DNA from: Phycisphaerae bacterium
GTDB lineage: Bacteria; Planctomycetota; Phycisphaerae; UBA1845; Fen-1342
Direction: 5' to 3'
Length of the DNA stretch: 64,000 nucleotides
NCBI GenBank assembly: GCA_963675745.2
Contig: CAXXWX010000026.1
Coordinates: 320,001-384,000, forward strand
The translations under genes were made by a program, and so were the position numbers. The notes below the pieces were generated by a model. That model saw only the letters and a list, made by a program, of their open reading frames with translations, searched no databases and was not told the origin of the DNA. Below are positions 60,782 through 64,000 of this stretch, one piece after another; the first letter of the stretch is position 1, and every line of letters begins with the position of its first letter.

Positions 60782-60834
60782 TGTGGCACAGGTTTGAAAC
60801 CTGTGGTTCTCACTGGTTGAAAACCAGTGCCACA
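60782..60834. repeat. REP-like double hairpin
   Basis: tgtggcacaggtttgaaacctgtg..cactggttgaaaaccagtgccaca: two internal hairpins within outer TGTGGCAC/GTGCCACA. Confidence 0.8.
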
Positions 60835-60861
60835 GCAGCGTAGCACTCCCGCGGCCCAGTG

Positions 60862-62049
60862 TTACGGCCGAGCGCGCTTTGTGCGCCGTGAGTCACGGCT
60901 GCCCTCGACAGCAACCTTGAGATTGGCGGTCCGGCCGTCGTCTATCTGGAACGTGCCGCGCACGCGTTCGCCGCCCCGCCCCTTGCAGCTCAGCTCAACT
61001 TCCCGGCGGGTCATCTTCAGTTTCCAGCGACCGAGGCGCGTCGCCTCCGCCACCCGGTTCTTGGCCACGTCGGGCGGCAGCCAGTCATCATCTGACGTCT
61101 CGATTTTCCGCGCCTGGGCCTTGGAGAAGAACTCACGCGCCGAGCTGAAGCGCTGCCCGTGGCGCGCGGCGAGCGCCAGGTAGTTGATGAACGTGCTCGT
61201 CATGGCCTCGATATTGCCGGCGCGCGTATCCTCGACGGTCATGTCCAGCCAGTACTCCCGCCATTGCCGCTCGAGTTCGTCGATCGGAATCGGGAAGTGC
61301 TCGGCCCAGGCCTTGCTCCAGGCGCGTCCGGCGCCGGCCTGCTGCAAGACCTTTATGAACGGCGCGCGATAGCGGCCGTTGTCGTAGTGCATGATGAAGT
61401 AGACAAAGGACCACGCCTGGCGGTAGTTGCGCCGGGCCTTGCTCTTGATGTCCATGTCCTTGTACCAGCCGTAACCGCCGATACTCAGCAGCTCCTCGAT
61501 GGGCTTGTAGCGATTGCCGCGCAGCTTGTACTGCACGTCCTTCATCGCGTCCTCGTCGATTACTCCGACGACATACCCGCCGCCGGTGAAAACCGCGTGC
61601 CCGAAATACTCGGCCAGCCCCTCATTGGCCCAGGTGGGCACGCCGCCGCCTATGCGGCGGTGTACAAACTGGTGAAAGGCCTCGTGCTGGAGAATCCGCC
61701 AGGTGCGCTCGTTGGTGCGTTTCTCGGAGAGCACGAACAACGCGCTGCCGGTATACAGGCCGCTGGATTCGGGCACGCCGGTGGCTTTTTTGTACTCGGC
61801 CTTGTTGGTGAAGATGACGATCGGGTACTTTTCGGCGATATGTCCGGTGAACTGCGGGGTGTGCTGCAGATAGGCCTCGAATAGGGTATCAACGCGCAGC
61901 TTGGCCTCGCGCACACCTTCCTCATCAAGGTCGGTGTGGATGGTGTAATGTTCGGTTTCGTAGGACTTGAGTTCGGCGATGACGGGGCCTGTGACGGCGA
62001 GGGTGGTTGCCAAGATCAGGATGGCAACCAGGGAGTGGCGTACACACAT
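60862..62049 (-). CDS. Secreted DUF1570-like / gluzincin-type metallopeptidase-like protein
   Basis: ETEHYTIHTD, LQHEAFHQF (HExxH), PTWANEGLAEYF, YRQAWSFVYF. Confidence 0.78.
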   Translation of the reverse strand: MCVRHSLVAILILATTLAVTGPVIAELKSYETEHYTIHTDLDEEGVREAKLRVDTLFEAYLQHTPQFTGHIAEKYPIVIFTNKAEYKKATGVPESSGLYTGSALFVLSEKRTNERTWRILQHEAFHQFVHRRIGGGVPTWANEGLAEYFGHAVFTGGGYVVGVIDEDAMKDVQYKLRGNRYKPIEELLSIGGYGWYKDMDIKSKARRNYRQAWSFVYFIMHYDNGRYRAPFIKVLQQAGAGRAWSKAWAEHFPIPIDELERQWREYWLDMTVEDTRAGNIEAMTSTFINYLALAARHGQRFSSAREFFSKAQARKIETSDDDWLPPDVAKNRVAEATRLGRWKLKMTRREVELSCKGRGGERVRGTFQIDDGRTANLKVAVEGSRDSRRTKRARP

Positions 62050-62217
62050 CGCGTGGTCCTCCGACCGAGGCGTCTGTTAATAGTGTAGCACATTTTCGGC
62101 GCGCCGTCGGAGAATTCGCCGGGAGGAGTGCTGTGGGCGCGGTTCTGGGCGGTTGCTGCGGCCGTGATCGCGGGGGCGCGTGGCGCAGCGAATCTTCTCA
62201 AGCGTCCGCCGTTGGTC

Positions 62218-64000
62218 TTAACCTCGCGGCGTGCCCCGCCGTCGGAGTACGACCGGCAGCAACGGGGCCAACACCCCCAGTGTGCCGGGCTCAGGAACGC
62301 CGGTCAGCGTGGCCGTGCCGCCAAGGTAAACGTCGCTGATGTCCCACTGTGCCCAATAGGGCCAGCGCACCTGGTTGAATGCATCGCCGGCAATCAAACC
62401 GCCATTCCAGTCGAACAGGGTAAAGGTTGTTCCGAGCAGGCTGTCGATGTCCGTGCCGGGCGCGAAGTCGAGGAGAAGCGTGCCGGCGAGATCCGCCGCG
62501 ACGCCGTCGGCCAGCGTGATGGTTGAACCCCAGTCGGCGTCGGCGAAGAGCAACTCCAGCATCGCGGTTGCATCGAGCGCGAGCGCATCGTCCACGGTGA
62601 TCGCAATGTCGCCGTCGTAGTCACGCACCTTCAACACCTCGTCTGCGCCGAGGTCAAGCCCGGCGATGTGGCCATCGGGTAGAATGGTGTCGTTGGTGAT
62701 GGCCGACGCCAAATCCGAATCGGTCAGGTTGAGTGCGCCGCGGGTGTCCGCCCAACTCAGGTCAGCGTTTGTCAGCGTGGCGTACCGAAGACTCGCGTCA
62801 GTCAGGCTCGCCGCGCGCATGTCGGTGTTCACCAGTGTTGAGGCAACGAAATTCGCTCTGGTCAGGTTCGCTCCGCCTAGGTCCGCGTCCGTCAGCGTAG
62901 AGAGATAGAGTAACGCATCGCTCAGATCCTGGTTGGCCAGATTCCAGCCGGTCAGGTTGTTGTTGTCCAGTGCGATCCCATGTAGATCACCCATCAGGTA
63001 ACTCGCGGTCGCATAGAGTTGCCCTCCGATAAACCCGCTCGACGTGGTCTCACTGAAGCTGGCCCCTGAGACGGTCGCCCCGCTCAGATCGGCATTCGTG
63101 AGGGTAGCTTCGGCGAGGCTCGCACCGGTGAGATCTGCGTTGCTCAGATCGGCGTCAGTCAGCGTAGCCTGGGAGAGATCTGCGCCCGACAGGTTGGCCC
63201 CGCTCAGGTTAGCGTTCGATAGCGACGCACCCACGATGCACCCATCGGTCAGGTTCGATCCGCTCATGTCCGCGTCGGCAAGCGCGGCCCACTGGAAATC
63301 AGCGCCCGTCAGCCTCTGGTTGGCCAGGTTCCAGCCAGTCAGATCGTTGCCGCCCAGACGAATGCCATGTAGGTCCCCAGCTTGGTAACTTGCCGTCGCG
63401 TAGAGCTGCTCCCTGGCAAAGCCCCTCGACGTTGCGCCACGGAGGTTCGCCTCAGCTACGGTCGCCCCGCTCAGGTCCGCATTCGTCAGAGTGGCGCGGT
63501 AGAAGTCGGCGCCAGTCAGGTTTGCCCCGCCCAGGTCGGCGTCTGTAAGTACTGACTGCGAAAGTGACGCGTTGGTCAAGTCTGCCGCGCTCAGGTTGGC
63601 GTTCGCTAGCGTAGCGCTCGCGATGTGCGCATCAGTCAGGTTCGCCGCGCTCAGGTCGGCATCGGTGAGCGTGGCGTCCATGAAGTGAGCACCGGTCAGG
63701 TTCTGGTTGGCCAGATTCCAGCCGGTCAACAGGTTGTTGCGCAGCGAGATACCGCGCAGGTCTCCCATCTGGTAGCTGGCGGTCCCGTAGAGTTGCGACT
63801 GAGTGAAGCCCTCCGACGTAGTTCCATCGAAACCCGCCCCCGCAACTGTCGCCCCGCTTAGGTCAGCATTTGTGAGCGTGGCGTAGCCCAGTTTCGCATT
63901 AGTCAGGTTTGCCCCGCCCAGGTCGGCGTCTGTAAGTACTGAATTCGAAAGTGACGCATTGGTCAGATCCGCTCCGCTCAGGTCGGCGTTCGTCAGCGTA
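62218..64000 (-). CDS. Pentapeptide-repeat PEP-CTERM protein; 5' end beyond window end
   Basis: Long A(D/N)Lxx repeats continuing in frame to 64000; C-terminal VPEPGTLGVLAPLLPVVLRRR. Confidence 0.9.
   Translation of the reverse strand, partial: TLTNADLSGADLTNASLSNSVLTDADLGGANLTNAKLGYATLTNADLSGATVAGAGFDGTTSEGFTQSQLYGTASYQMGDLRGISLRNNLLTGWNLANQNLTGAHFMDATLTDADLSAANLTDAHIASATLANANLSAADLTNASLSQSVLTDADLGGANLTGADFYRATLTNADLSGATVAEANLRGATSRGFAREQLYATASYQAGDLHGIRLGGNDLTGWNLANQRLTGADFQWAALADADMSGSNLTDGCIVGASLSNANLSGANLSGADLSQATLTDADLSNADLTGASLAEATLTNADLSGATVSGASFSETTSSGFIGGQLYATASYLMGDLHGIALDNNNLTGWNLANQDLSDALLYLSTLTDADLGGANLTRANFVASTLVNTDMRAASLTDASLRYATLTNADLSWADTRGALNLTDSDLASAITNDTILPDGHIAGLDLGADEVLKVRDYDGDIAITVDDALALDATAMLELLFADADWGSTITLADGVAADLAGTLLLDFAPGTDIDSLLGTTFTLFDWNGGLIAGDAFNQVRWPYWAQWDISDVYLGGTATLTGVPEPGTLGVLAPLLPVVLRRRGTPRG

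Noticed and set aside
1..64000. Transposases, integrases, phage genes, defence systems, tRNA/rRNA
   Set aside because: No recognisable motifs for any of these on either strand.

Overview
GC-rich bacterial DNA, most likely a Planctomycetota (Phycisphaerae-like) genome. This is inferred from Cys-containing C-terminal dockerin-like tags, PEP-CTERM proteins, heptamer and REP-like intergenic repeats, and waaA/TonB-receptor genes. Contents: (1) 1-13.4 kb: nucleotide-sugar dehydrogenase, HD protein, a murein-peptide recycling set (SPOR/TPR lipoprotein, Ala-Glu epimerase, NlpC/P60), a clan GH-A hydrolase, a CE7 esterase, a small dockerin protein and a long NagB fusion. (2) 13.4-19.5 kb: hybrid histidine kinase divergent from a substrate-binding protein plus TonB-dependent receptor. 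(3) 19.5-38.5 kb: glycan degradation/salvage locus (GH2, GH38, double GH29, SSS transporter, GH20, HexNAc-kinase-like, nucleotidyltransferase, GH109, GH27). (4) 38.7-48 kb: housekeeping genes (prolyl oligopeptidase, LolA-like, waaA, rimO, acpS) and an unexplained structured-RNA candidate. (5) 48-64 kb: secreted surface proteins tagged with dockerin or PEP-CTERM. Best candidates for new biology: a non-cellulosomal dockerin display system with a possible cohesin-like adaptor and signs of PEP-CTERM/dockerin tag swapping; a giant surface protein with 14 Asp-Pro-Asn motifs; a ~200-nt ncRNA candidate; and palindrome arrays bracketing the GH27 gene. Several genes are frameshifted (20.4 kb, 50.6-53.6 kb), probably from sequencing indels. 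All calls come from motif recognition by eye; no searches were run.
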